Shown here: positions 12,521 through 25,129 of the stretch, piece after piece
Position numbering within the stretch: position 1 is the stretch's first letter
Layout: every line of letters begins with the position of its first letter
From: Antechinus flavipes
Lineage: Eukaryota
Assembly (NCBI RefSeq): GCF_016432865.1
Contig: NC_067401.1
Location: 474,486,001 to 474,550,000 of the forward strand
Direction of reading: 5' to 3'
Length of the DNA stretch: 64,000 bases
The notes under the pieces: generated by a model
Databases searched by the model: none
The model's input: the letters and a program-made list of their open reading frames with translations, nothing else
What the model was told of the DNA's origin: nothing
Position numbers and translations under genes: made by a program

Positions 12521-15289
12521 GAGTAGGAGGGGAGGAGGTGGATAAGGGGAATAAGCGAGGCATTTAAGAAAATATTTATTAAATGAATATTTCTACTCAA
12601 CTTCATGTTTTTTAAGTTTATAAGATATCGTTATATTATCTTTTACCTAAACACATAAAATTCAATTGTTTAAAAGTCACCTGTCCTTTTGATTCTGGAC
12701 ACAGTATAATAATAAGGGGAAGGGAAGGGTCATAATTAATGCTCATTTACATTTAGCTTCAAGCTTTCAGGACTAGTCCTTCATAACCCCAGCCTGAAAA
12801 AAGGAAAATGACCCAGGATTTGCAACTAGCTGCCATGTGTCTGAGTCCCAGCAGTTCTGTGTGGCTTTAGTTAAGCTGTGCGACTCTGGTTCAGTCACTT
12901 CCACTCTCTCCTTAAAATACGGTAGGCAAGATAATAACACAAGTGCATACACTGCTTTACATTTTGCTACATATTTACACACATTATCTCGTGAGGCTCT
13001 CTTCGGCATCATCACTGTCCCCACTTTGCAGATGAGGAAAGTGAGACTGAAGCACGGGAAGCAGAATGGAACCCCGCTTCTCAGGTCAGCAGGAGGAGGG
13101 TTCCTCACGTGCTTCCTGATGATTTCCAGAGCCCCTTTAACAACCAGAGCCCTTCTGAGAACACAAGAGAAGGCTGGGTGCGTCCCCTCACTCACGCTCG
13201 CCCTGGCCAGCTCCAACTGCAGCCTAAAGGTGTTGACCCAGTGCTCCTGGAGAAGCAGCCGCTGCCAATCCCAGCCCTGTCCCGTCCCTTCCCCGGGCTC
13301 CCCCCAGGGAGCGTCTTCCCTTTCCAAGCATGCTCCCAAGGCTTCCAGACCATCTCCACCCACACCGGGTGACCACCTCACTCTGGCTCCAAAGCCTTCA
13401 GGAGTCAGGGACACCCCCCAGAGGCCTCTGCCCTGCACCTGAGGGCTGCCTGGCCCCACGGCCACACCGGGATAAGCCCTTCTGCTGATCCCACTTTTCC
13501 ATTCTGTCCCCTCGGGTGCGAGCGCCCCCACATAGACGGGGGCTTCAGTCTTAGCATTAGGACGGTCCTCTTCCCCCCGCCTCTCCTCCCCTGGCCTGCT
13601 TCCTGCTTGCTTTGCTCCATCGTCTCCAACAGAGTTCAGGCTCCATGAGAGCAGGACCTGTGCGTGACCCTGCTGCCCAGCAGTAGGCGCCCACTGTTTG
13701 CTGAACCGAACGGACGATTTTTACCCAGAGACATTTCTCTGAGGAAGAGGAGGGCGCCCGGCACGAGATGCTGAGTAGGCTGAGCCGGGCCGGCCCTGGG
13801 CCCGCTGGCTGTCCGGCTGCAGCCGCCGACACTTCTCGGGGTCTGGTTCCTCCATCTCGGAGCTGAATGGCTCTGGGGTCGGGGCAGCGTTAGAGAGGAT
13901 GCCAGCCAGTCTCAGTACGGAGGAAGAGGGGTTAGAGGGGCATCCTGCTTTGTTGCAGACAAAAGCTCCCACAAGCAAAAAACCTCTGGAACCAAACTCC
14001 AGGGTCCATCCCAGAGCCGGCCTCCGGCGAGGAAGCAGCATGGAGGAAAGAGGCAGGGCACAGTGGGCAGGGGCCTGGAACCGGGCAGGAGAGCGGGGGC
14101 CCTGAGATCAGGGCCTGGAGCGGGGCAGGGAGTCTGACCCCCGAATGTCCCAGGACAACAAAGGCCTTCCATCCCGCCCAGAAACCGACTGTTTCGGGTG
14201 TGTACAGGGCTGGGACCTCACCTGGGTGAGCCTCCCCGAGGCTCCGAGCCCAAGGCAGCCCCTCAGTGCCTCCCGACCACATCAGCCCTCTTCCTCCTGT
14301 CAGCACCAGCCCTCCAAGGACAGGGCCTGAAGTCGCCAGGCCCCCATCCTGCGGCCAGGGGATGCCCACTGAGGCCCTGCAAGGGCAGGCTGCTTGGAGG
14401 CAGTGCCCCCCGCGGCACTGGCAGGGTGGGAGCTGACACTGGCAACCTCTGAGGGCCCCCAAGTGGGGGGGGGGGCGCGGGGGCATGTGCTCGAGGAAGG
14501 CACACTGACAAAGCTGGGGTTCAGAGCTCGGGGCGTCACCTCTGAGCCTGCTCCTCTGCAGCGGGGGGCATCAGGCGCCCTCAGACCACCCGGCCCGGCC
14601 CCGGGCATTCCCTGCCACGAGGCGCTCCAGGGGCAGCGGCCTGGCAAGTGACCCCCCAAGGGTTTGCCGGGTGGACCTTCAGGGGGCTCGCCCTCTGACC
14701 CTGTCACCTGACGCATCCAGCTTTGCCCCCTGGTCCCAGGCTTGGACCAACTTAGTGGCTGCACTCAGGAGGCCCCATTCCAGGGGACGGGCACTTCCGG
14801 GACCCCCAAGGTGCTCCGCGGCCCTGCTTCCCCTGCTCAGGGGATGGGGATCAGCAGGCGGGCAGGGAGGCCCAGTTCACAGATGAGGAAATTGGCCCCA
14901 GAGGACCACAACTCCCAAACGGACACAGGAGCTCCGCATGGTCTGCCCGGTGCTCTCCCTGAGCCACAGGGGAAATGGACACCAGCCAGGGCCAGGAGAT
15001 CTCAGTCTGCTGGGGGCTAAAGGGGACCTGGGAGGCCAGCCCTCACATGGGGAAACTGAGGCCGGGGAGAGCTCATTCTGTCTGGGGCCATAAGGGACTT
15101 GAGCGGCCAGTCCCTCGCTTTACAGACGGGGAAACTGAGGCCCGGAAAAAGAGCCCGGGATTCCAGCTCTGTAACTGGGAAGATCCTCCGGGCCGCTGGG
15201 TCCTAGGCTCTGAGTCCCAGGGAGGCCCTCCTTTGGCAGGAGAAACTGGGGTGACCCTCCAGGACGGGGAGTCCTGCTCTGACTGAAAT

Positions 15290-16480
15290 AGACTGATCGC
15301 GACCTCGGAGTCCACAGAGTCCTAGGCCCTCATTTGACAGAAAAGGAAACTGAGGCCCAGGATGGCCCCGGGATCCCAGTTCTCCGAGTCGGCGGAAACC
15401 CAAGCCTCCTTTGGCAGAGAAGGAGCCCGAGGCTCAGAGAGGACCCGGGGAGGGCCTGCCTCAGTCTCCCCCTCCCCCTAACGGCCGGGCTCCGGAGTCG
15501 GGCCCGGCCCACCCCCGCTCCGCCTGAGCCACTTAGGCCACTGCGATCTGCAGGGCTCGCTCACCGGAGGCGCCGAGACCGAGGCTCCGGCAGCAGCCGC
15601 TTTACCTGGAGCCGAGGCGGGGGCTTCCTCCGACGGCAACACGCGGCGGCAGCAAGATGGCGGTCGCGGCGGAGGCAGAGAAAGGAGGCGGCGGCCGCGG
15701 GAGCGCGAACACGTGACACCGTCCGGCCCACCTCCCGGTCCCCCGAGCAGCCAATCGCCGTATGCGCCCGCTGGCTGGGGGGGTCCGAACCCTTGAGTCC
15801 AATCGCGAGGCGGCGGATTCGGGGGGCTCGCCGTGTATGCTGGGACCTGTAGTCCCCGGCGGAGTACATTGTGTCCCTCGCTAAGGCGTCTGGGAGCGGG
15901 CAGAGAGCGAGTTTTTGTTTGGCAGCCTGGCCCTTCCTGGGGCATTGTCACGGGACTGGGGAGCAGCCTCCGGCTTGCGCGTGGGAAACGGCGGGCTACG
16001 GCTACACGCGTCCTTGTGCAATCCGGGGGAAGGCATCTGGAGAGGGAGGAGCGGGGGAAAAGCAAGATATTTCGCTTTAGGCGACCTTGAAATAAACTCA
16101 AGAAGGGTTATCGGGCACCTGCTTCTAGGCAGCCCCCATCCAACGCAGGTCGCAGCTTCCCAACTCAAGCAGAACTTTATTAAATGCCTCGTCCGACGTG
16201 CAGACACTGCTGAGAGCTGGGGCAGAAACGGCGCCTGCCCCCAAGGAGCTTCCACTGCAGGAAGCGAGCGGGGCAGTAGGTGGCGGTGCATAGGTAACGG
16301 TTCAGATTGACAAGGGAACCCTGAAATCTAGACCTCATCCCTATCAGCAGACCCCCGCCTCTCTGCAGGGAAGAGCAGACGTCCACTATCCCACTATCGT
16401 CTTAAGGAGCAAACTTTGTTTTGTCCTTTTCGGTCGCGTCAGACTAAAATCGCTTCTTTTACCGGAAGCCTTTCCGAACT
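15290..16480. promoter_or_regulatory. BTF3L4: CpG-island promoter of BTF3L4
   Basis: CpG-dense; YY1 motif AAGATGGCGG 15654-15663, CACGTGAC E-box ~15710, two CCAAT boxes ~15751 and ~15799, ETS CCGGAAG ~16462. Confidence 0.88.
15606..15730 (-). other. BTF3L4: BTF3L4 non-coding exon 1 (5' end approximate); alternative donor after 15565
   Basis: CAG|GTAAAG donor at 15605 and CCG|GTGAGC donor at 15564 inside the island, upstream of exon 2. Confidence 0.7.
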
Positions 16481-16896
16481 CCTCGTAATTCTAGTGTTTT
16501 CTCTATTAATTATCTCATTTCTTTTCAGTGAAGTTGTATCTTTATGCACATAGATGCCTTCTGTATATAGCTTGCTTTGTTTTTTGCCTTTCCCTCTAGA
16601 TTGTGAGCTCCTCGAGGGCAGAGGTTCTTTTGTCAATCAATTGACTTCACCCTGCATCCGTTCCTAAGTTTTCTCTTGTTCCTCTGAATTTCTCAGCTTA
16701 GTCTTTTTTTAGAGTGCGGTCACAGTCCATTACATTCTCGTACCACAATTTGGCCATTTTGCAAGCGACAACAATCCCTTCATTTTATAGAGGAAGAAAA
16801 TGTCACCTGAAAATCTTAAGATCTAGCGTCGGGAAAACTGAATTATCTCAAAAGCTCCAGGTCATTAAAAGCCTGGCTTTCCGGTGATGTATTTGA

Positions 16897-16898
<2 letters not shown>

Positions 16899-16929
<31 letters not shown>
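16899..16929. repeat. (AAAAC)n microsatellite
   Basis: Direct reading. Confidence 0.9.
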
Positions 16930-18039
16930 AACTGGTTAGTAGAGAGTAGTGAGTGATTCTTGCATCTGAAAGGCTGAACTCTTGGCTTTCATTTTCTGTG
17001 ATGTGATTGCTGACCTTACAAAATCATCCTTTTAGGAAGTATTCCTTCCCCAAGAATGGGAAAAACAGACTGGAGAGTCCGATCACCTGTTCACTTCTAA
17101 CAAGTGATTTATAACTTGTTTTATATATATAATCTTTAACAAGTCGCCCAGATAGCCCAAGTCATCCCCCAATTCCAGAATCCAGGTCAGTTAAATTCAA
17201 CAAATACCTAGTTTACAGAAAAGAAAGCCCAAGATTTTTTTTTTTTTGGGGGAGGGGGAAGAGTAAGGAAAATGATTCTCCCAAAAGAGAAATTTAGGAA
17301 GTAGTGGAAATGGAATGAGAACTCTGATTAAGTCCTTGGGCTTTCCATTACCCAGGGGGCTTGTCTTCTTATCTCTTAGGCTTGTTGGGAGGGAAGGCAC
17401 TTTGTAAACAGAGGAATGGGAGTTGCCATGAGTATTATTATCATCCGTCCTCCCAGGCAGGCTCGAGATGTCCTTGTTGACGTCTGTGGAGGTGTGTGGG
17501 GAGGCGGGAGTACCCAAGAATGGGAACAACAGAATAAAGACTCCAGTTTAGATTGGAATGCCGGGAAGAGAAGAGGGGAGACAGATTTTCACAGCCCCAG
17601 CCCAGGGAGAAGGCTCATTCCTATTGGGGGAAGGAGAATGATTGCCCCCAAACCAGTTCGTCTAGTCTCATTTGGTGACTCTAGTAGTTGATCAAAAGCA
17701 AGTTTGCAAGGGAAGGGAGGGTGAAGGGCAGTGTGGGAGAGGACAGCATTCCAAAGCAAGATCACTGGAGCAAATGTATGTTAAAGCACTGTGTCAACAA
17801 GAAGCCCACCTCCCTATGACTCAGTTTCCTCATCTGCAAAATGAGAATTATAACCATTAAAAGTCAAATGAGAAATTCTATAAAGTGCATTGCAAACCTT
17901 CAGTTTTGTTGGGATTTTTTTTTTGTGTGGTAATTGTTCAGTTGTTTCAGTCATGTTTAACTCTCCATAATCCCGGTTAGTGTTTTCTGGGCAAAGATCC
18001 TGAAGGAGTTTGTTATTTCCTTCTCCAGCTTATTTGACA

Positions 18040-18190
18040 GAGGAAGAACTGACGCAGACAGGGTGAAGTGACTTGTTCAGAGTCACATGGCTAGGAAATG
18101 TCTGAAGCTGGATTTGAACTCAGGGAGATGAAACTTTTGGAGCCCAATCCCTGCACTCTGTGCAGTACGGCACCCCCTAGCTGCCCCGAT
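18040..18190 (-). mobile_element. CORE/MAR1-type tRNA-derived SINE
   Basis: aagtgacttgttcagagtcaca...ggatttgaactcagg...ctagctgcccc, reverse of the marsupial SINE head. Confidence 0.75.
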
Positions 18191-19239
18191 CCTACCCAGG
18201 GCCTTCCTTGTGCCAATTTGCTTCTGGACAGAGTCCCTCATCCCAGTAATAAGTTATCCCTTCCAGATTTCAGAAGTTTAAGTTGTATGGGGGTGATCAG
18301 AGGAGCCCCAGAGGGGGGAAAAAAAAAAAAACAGAGGCTGGGGCTTAATGGAGACAATGGAAAGTAGCCTTGGACTCAGGAGAAGCTGGACTCAAGAACA
18401 GCCTCTGAACCATCTAGGCCAGACTCTGGTCAGGGACTTTACCTTGTCAGTGCCCAAGACTGTAAATTATAGGGGACTGGAAGTGGTCCAGCATTGCTGA
18501 AGGGACTAAGATCCACTGTTTCCTTTCCTTGGACCTCAGCTTCCCCCTCTGCACAGGAGCCCATGAGTGCCCCCCAGAAGGCACCAAGCGGCTGGCTAGC
18601 CCAGCCTCTTCGTCGGATGCCTGGAGAGTGGAAGGGACTTGCTGAATGTCCCAGAGCAGGGCAGGAGCTGGTCCTCTGACTCCAGAGCCCCGGAGGCCTT
18701 GCCTTGGCAGGGTGGTTGCCTGGAATTTTGCACCCCTCCCCAAGTGTTGAATTACTCCTTATTTTATTGTTTGTCGTGTCTACAATAAAATAATTGCACA
18801 TATTTGTGTGTACATTGTCTCCTCCATTATCTCATAGGCTCCTTGAGGCAGGGGCTTGTATCCCTGTTACTTAGAACAGTATCTGGCAAATAGTAGGTGC
18901 TTTATGTCATTTTTGGAATTAGTTTGTCATTTTACAGATGAGGCAACTGAGGCAGAGTTAAGTGACTTGTCCAGGGTCACACAGCTAGGGAAGTGTCTGA
19001 GGCCAGATTTGATCTCAGGAAGCTGCCTGAGTTCAAGCATCCTATGCACTGTCATCCCAGCAGGAGCTTCATAAGTCCAACGGACAACAAAGAGGATAAA
19101 AGAACGAAAAGTCTCAAAAGACAGAGGAGTTTCTTTTTTCTCTTTGCACGCACACTCCTGGCACTCAATAGGTGCTTGTGGGGAAAATATGGAGCAAAAT
19201 GCGACCTACAGACCACTGGCCACCCTGGAGCAGGACTGA

Positions 19240-19760
19240 AGGCACGTGTCAACCGCCCCGCCCAGGCCCCGCCCCCAGACGAGACCGCGCCTCCGGATCA
19301 GGCCCCGCCCCATAAGGCCACAGCCCCGCCTTCATAACCAGCCCCGCCTCCGGACATGGGCGGACCAGATCCCGCCCCTCAAGGCCCCAGCCCCGCCTTC
19401 AGGCCAGCTCCGTTTTCGGGCCAGGCCCCGCCCCTTAAGGCCCCAGTCCCGCCTCCGGGCCAGGCCCTGCCCCCAGGCTGCCCCGCGAGGCCGCGGCTTT
19501 CTGTGCCTTTAAGCCGCGAGGCCGCAGGCTCCGCCCATATCCGTCAGGCTTCACTTCCTTCGCTGTGAAGAAGCGGGGAGACTGCGAGGAGGGTACGAAG
19601 CCGAGGAGGCTGCCCGCTCGCCCGCGCTCCAGCCATGGGCCCTCCGCTAGCGCTCCTGGGCTGCTGCTGCTGCTGCCTGCTGCTCCTCGTCGCCTCCGCC
19701 TCGGCATCGGAAGGGCTCGGAAAGGGTCAGACTGCCCGTCCCCCAAAGCTGCTCCCCCTG
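19240..19760 (+). promoter_or_regulatory. TXNDC12: CpG-island promoter of TXNDC12 with a GC-box array
   Basis: Ten CCGCC cores in 19253-19455, CpG-dense, directly upstream of ATG 19635. Confidence 0.88.
19635..19725 (+). CDS. TXNDC12: TXNDC12 exon 1, signal peptide MGPPLALLGCCCCCLLLLVASASASEGLGK(G)
   Basis: gccATGG Kozak, hydrophobic signal peptide, GLGKG motif as in recalled ERp18, G|GTCAGA donor in phase 1 matching exon 2. Confidence 0.92.
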
Positions 19761-20778
19761 CGCCCCAACCCTGCCGGGGCCCCTCCCCTGCACCCCTCTA
19801 CCTGAGCCCTCGGCACCACTCTTTTCTGGGCCCCCTGAGCCCCCCATCCTGCTGAAACCTCCCTGGACCCCTCCCCCACCCTACTGAAGCCCCTGCACCT
19901 CCTTCTGGGGCCCTGGACCCCCAGACACATCTAGAACACCCCTCTCCTCAGGTTCTGGTCTCCCTGTACCACTTCCTGTGGTCTTGGACCCTCCTCTCAA
20001 TTTCCAGGCCTTCTCCTTTGCTGCTAGACTCCTCTTGTACCTTCTTCCAGTCCCAGGAGCTGGTGTCTTCTTCCCAAATTCCCAGATCCCCCCTCTCCTC
20101 ATTTCCCTCTCTCAGTCCCCTCTGCACCTCCAGACCCCCGCAACGCCCCACCCCCCCAGCTTCAGGGTAGCCCCCGAGGAAGGCCGGACTAAGTGGCCTC
20201 AGTTACTCTGCCATAGCATTCACTGGACACTCTCTAGGGCTGTGGATTGCAGAGAAGGTAGCCACCTGCATGGGTGGGGGGACTTTCCTGAGGCTGGAGC
20301 TCCCTACCCTGGTTCAAGCACAGCCCCAGTTCCTTTTGCCTTTCTTTGTAGCCTTGTGCTTGGCATACAGTAAGCACTTAATAAATGCTTGTTGATTGAT
20401 TGATACCGCCCCCCCCCATCCATTGATTAGGTTTGCCTCCTAACTGCCCAGAGGTGTAATTGTTAACCCTACCTTATAGACGAGGAAACAGACTAACAAC
20501 TTGAGCTAACGGATGTTTGAATAGGATTGAATCCAGTCTTATTCTGAGTCTGGCCCGAGATGGCCAGGAGGAGTGAACCCCTCCCATCTGCTGGAGTTCA
20601 CCATCCTTCTAAACTCAGCTTCAGCCACTCACTGTGTGATCCTGGGCAAGTTACTGCCTCGGTTTCATTAGCTGTAAAATGGAGATAATATTTGTCCCCA
20701 AACTTCTATAGGCGGCTAGCTATTATGGCTATTATTATTGCGAAGGTAAATCTTCAAGTATTTTTGGCACAAATCCCG

Positions 20779-20800
20779 CCCCCCCCCCCCCCCCCCCCCC
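20779..20800. repeat. Poly-C tract (C22)
   Basis: Direct reading. Confidence 0.9.
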
Positions 20801-21871
20801 GCGCTTCACCTTCAAAACAGAATGTAGGAATCCTTGCCATCTTGACCTGGATGGCATTTGGTGAAGTCTCTGAGGACATAGGATCCTTTAGGGCACTTTG
20901 CCAGTGACCTCAGTTGGGTAACCTCTGGGCAGCAGGCTTCTCTGCAGGTTAAAGATGGGCATGAAATGGCATAGGATCTCAGCAGCTGGGAAAACACTGC
21001 TTCCGCCTAGGGCTGGACAAGCCCAGGAAAGAAACGAGCAGAACCGACAGCCCGACTGGGGCCTGGCTGGGGCTGCCACGTGAAAGGGGGAGAGGGTCTG
21101 ATCTTTTAGAGCTTGAAGAGACCTTGGAAGTCATCCGTGTAACTCTGGGGGAGAGAGGCCAGTAGCTTTAATTGAGGTTTTTCTCAGGGTCAGGAAGGAT
21201 CAAAAGAGATAGAATAATTATGTATAAGTTACTCTTAAAAATAAAAGGAATAACATATTTATGGTGAGGACATGATGGAAGTTTTACTTTCCTCATTTTA
21301 ATAATAGCTGACTTTCATATGGGTACCCCAAAGCCTTAGTTTGAAACCAGTTTTAATCTTGGTTTTAAAGTTTAATGACAGAGAAAACTCAATCAATACC
21401 CATTTCATAAAGTACCTGCTGTGTGCCAGGTACTGAGATTATACAGACAGAAGGGAAACAATCCTACTTGACCAGCCATCCTGGGGACCACCGTGGGTGA
21501 CTCAGAGAAGATTGCTGTGTGTGAGCCTGCTCTGCTCGTATCCCTAAGGGAATCTTCAGCATGAAAGCAGAAAGGGACCAGCTGGGCACAGTCATAAGAT
21601 CTCTGAGCAGGCCTCTAGTCCATCTTGTCCCTGAATAAGTTTCCTCTACAAGTGGGCATTCATCCCTTTTCAAGACCTCCAGGAGCGGGGAGTCCGTTCC
21701 AGTCTGGGAGAGCTGTGAGCCCTTATCTAATATCCTTGTCTATGAAGGGACAACACAATCTGCCTACTTGAAGACAATAGGGAATCACGTGGCACTTTAT
21801 GATTGTGTTATCAGCCTCCTGCTGGCTTTTCATGATAGAAAAACTTATTTTAGGTCTTTGTTTTTTTTCAG

Positions 21872-21932
21872 GTTTTGGGGATCACATTCACTGGAGAACA
21901 CTAGAAGATGGAAAGAAAGAGGCAGCTGCCAG
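21872..21932 (+). CDS. TXNDC12: TXNDC12 exon 2, (G)FGDHIHWRTLEDGKKEAAA(S)
   Basis: Matches ERp18; ttttcag / GTAGGG; 61 nt. Confidence 0.98.
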
Positions 21933-23179
21933 GTAGGGGGAGTCACTGTAGGTGATAATATCGACCCACCTTGACGGGAGAAGGGGGAGATGGAGGATGT
22001 GTGGGGTGGTGGAAGGGACCCTGGTTTGAGTTTGAGAATCTGGGTTCCAATTCTGTGAATGATGCTTACTGCCTACATGACTTTGATCACATCCCTGGAA
22101 ACGAGCAGAATTGACTGGGCCCAAGTGGGCCCTGGCTGGGGCCACCATATGAAAGGGGGAGAGCATCCGATGGAGCTGCTTTTAGAGCTTGAAGGGACCT
22201 TGGAAGTCATCCGTGTAACTCTGGTGTGTAAGATGAAGGCTTTGTGAGACCTAAGAGGGGCTGGGTGGCTCCAGATTAATGATCCCTCTGACCCAGATCT
22301 TAGCAAAAGGCATCCACGGCCCCACTAGAAAGTAAGGAATGGAGCTGAATGATTGCCTAGGACTTCTAAGCTGCACCAGATTGGCTACTTCAGGCCTTCC
22401 AGGAGTCAGGAAGGGGCAACCACAGGAAGATCAGGAACAGGGGGAGGCTCTGTGTCATCTTCAGCATTTCAGGTACACCAAAAAATGGCTAGGATCAGTT
22501 TATTAGTTAGGAGAGCAGTAAACAGTGCTTCTCAATGGCCAGAGATCCAAGGGGTGCTCACCAGCCTTCTTATGGTTTTGGAGAGTGGATCACATAATTG
22601 ATTAAGGATAAACACCCTGAGTGTGGGGGTAAGGACCATCCCTCTCTGACAGACAAGAACCACTGATTTTTTTTTTTTTGGCCTAGTTAGTGTACTACAG
22701 TTAGCAACATCTTGGTGCCCAGAGTATTTGTACGGAGGTAAAATCCTCCCCGATTGTACAAGGACAGGCAAGAACAGACAATAGACTTTTTGGAGATAAC
22801 AAAATTAACTTGTAACTTTAACTCAGAGGAAAAGCTGACTCATTTACAAAATTAATACAGCATAAAATGAGTTAAACTCCTACAGTAAAACTAGAGTACT
22901 ATTTTGATATTTTTATCTGTGGTGGGCAGACTTTCAGTTTAGAGGCAGCTAGGTGGTACAATCGATGAAGCTCTGGGCCTAGAAGGAAGGCTTGCATTTA
23001 AATCTGGCCTCGGACACATGTCTGCCTCAGTTTCCCTAACTGTTAAATGGGGATAATAGCAGTACCTATCTTTTAGGTAGCTGTGAAAATCAAGTCAGAT
23101 CATATTTGTAAAGCACTTAGCATAGTGCTGGGCATTTAAGAGGTGCCATAAAAATGCTATTATTTTGTTATTTTGACCA

Positions 23180-23720
23180 ACTTATATCGCAGATCAAGTT
23201 GGTGGGCTGCAGCCTTGGTATAAGGAAGCCCTGAGACATCTGGGCCAACAAATCAAAGGCCATCCTGGACCACTTTGAGAGAAGCTCAGTGTCCAGGACT
23301 AGGAAGGGTGTGGTCCTACTGTGCTGTGCCTTGTCCAACCCAGCCAGAGCTTTGTGTTGGTTTCTGGATGCCAGCCTTTAGGAAGGACATTAGCAATCTG
23401 GGGAGCACTCAGAAAACAAAGTGATGAGGATGGGGAGGAGCCATAAGTCTAAGGAACTGGAGCAGACTTATGGGGACCAGGGGAGCTTTCTTCAGGTCTA
23501 AGAAGGGCTGTTTAGTCCCATGCAACATAGCTGGGGAAAGGAGAGAGGGAGGAATTGCAGTGAAGCAAATTAAGGGAAATTCTTCTGACATCCATTAAAT
23601 GGATGTAGGGCCCTAACCTCTGGAGGAAGGGGCTGCCTTGGAAAGTGATGAACTACTGGCTGAACATTGCTGGAGAGACTGGGTATTTATAGGAGGTTGT
23701 AGCAGGGATTCTTGATTACA
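23180..23720 (+). mobile_element. CR1/L3 LINE 3' remnant
   Basis: Degenerate RT C-terminal text (aaaggccatcctgga...ggtcctactgtgctgtgccttgtcc...tttctggatgccagcctttaggaaggacatt). Confidence 0.7.
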
Positions 23721-25129
23721 AAGGCCCCTTCCTACTCTGGCCTTCTGTGAGTCTGTAATCCTTTGTAAAGAAGTTGTTGTGAAGATAACTTCTTAATGGG
23801 GTTGCACTCCTTTTGTTAAGAATCTCCCAGGATCCATTTTTATCTCTTATCTGCCGAAGAATGGAGAACTGATACAGGAAGTTTTGTTCATCCCTCCCCT
23901 AGAGCTGGGGTTGGGGAGCCTCTGGAAATCCTGGTCTAGAAAAGAATGTAATTGGAGCCAGACCCTGCTAAAACCCTTATATTTAGGCTTCTGGGAACAG
24001 CCAAGGGATTGGAACTGGATTCTGAAGGCTCTGTGTTTTATTCCTTGTTTGGGAATTAAATCCTTCCCCTATTTTAGGTCCTGAGAAGGTATCCCCAGAA
24101 TTAGAGACCTTGTCTTCCCTAGGGTCTTTGAAACCCGACCTGTGACTCCTTTAAAACATCATCACCCAGGTCTTGGCCCTAAAGGAAGAAAGTGTGGTGG
24201 CTTGTTAATGCCATGAACCTCATAAATGAGTGGAAAGGCACTTGCTGAGCACTTACTGTATGCAAAGAGCTGAATATACAGAGGGAAAAGCAAGCCAGTG
24301 CCCTGCTCTCAAGGAACTCCTCTCTAATGGAGGACACAGCAAGTACAGGGTTCAGCTGCACCTCAGATGGTCCTGCCCGTCTTTGATGTCATTCCCACTG
24401 ATAACATCATATCGGTTACTGCCGATGGTGCGCCCAAGGCCTGGGTTTACTGGCACATACAACCCCAAAGTCACAGCAGGGGCAGAAAAGGGGTTCTATT
24501 AACTGGCCCCTGGCTGGGAGCTACCTTCCCCCACCTTCTGGGGGACATCTCATCAGGGGAGGGGGACAGAAGGCAATCAGTCAGTCAGCTGAGTGCTGGA
24601 GAGAGGAAGAAATGCAAACAGACCCTCCCAAGGCCTTAGAGTCCAGAGGAGAGACTTGGAGGTGGGAGACTTGGGTTCTCATGTCATCATTATTCTCCCC
24701 ATCCTGAAGCTCTGGGGCAGCGGGCCAAGTGCCAGGGCTTGGAGGACTGGAACCCCGGCTTTGGACTCTGATCCTAGGCTCTCCTTCTCTAATGGGCCCG
24801 TTAAGAGAATCGGCTGTTGGGGGAGGGGGCAGCAGCATATTTCCCCAGAGGTGGGCAGGCTGACCCTCCCCCCAGGCTGGGGATGGCCCAGGGCTCCCTC
24901 CTAGTTCTTTGGTTTTGGTAGTGGGAGGGAAGGGGTGCAGACTGTGTGGCTCCAAGCTCATCTGTAAAAGGGGCCCAGAGGCCTCTGGGTGGGGGAGCAT
25001 GGGCTCTGTACTCCACCTCCTTAAGGAGAGGGCAGCTTAAAGGGGGGCCCAGATGTTTTAGCCCTCCCCCCCCCAATCCCCAAGAATGAGTGGTTTGGGG
25101 GACAGATCTCCAGATCGTGGTGAGGACAG

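Noticed and set aside
12773-13531. 252-aa minus-strand ORF with an apparent 51-nt exon (EHWVNTFRLQLELARAS|GTGAGT)
   Set aside because: C-terminal part runs through a MIR-like SINE; no partner exons or known family identified.
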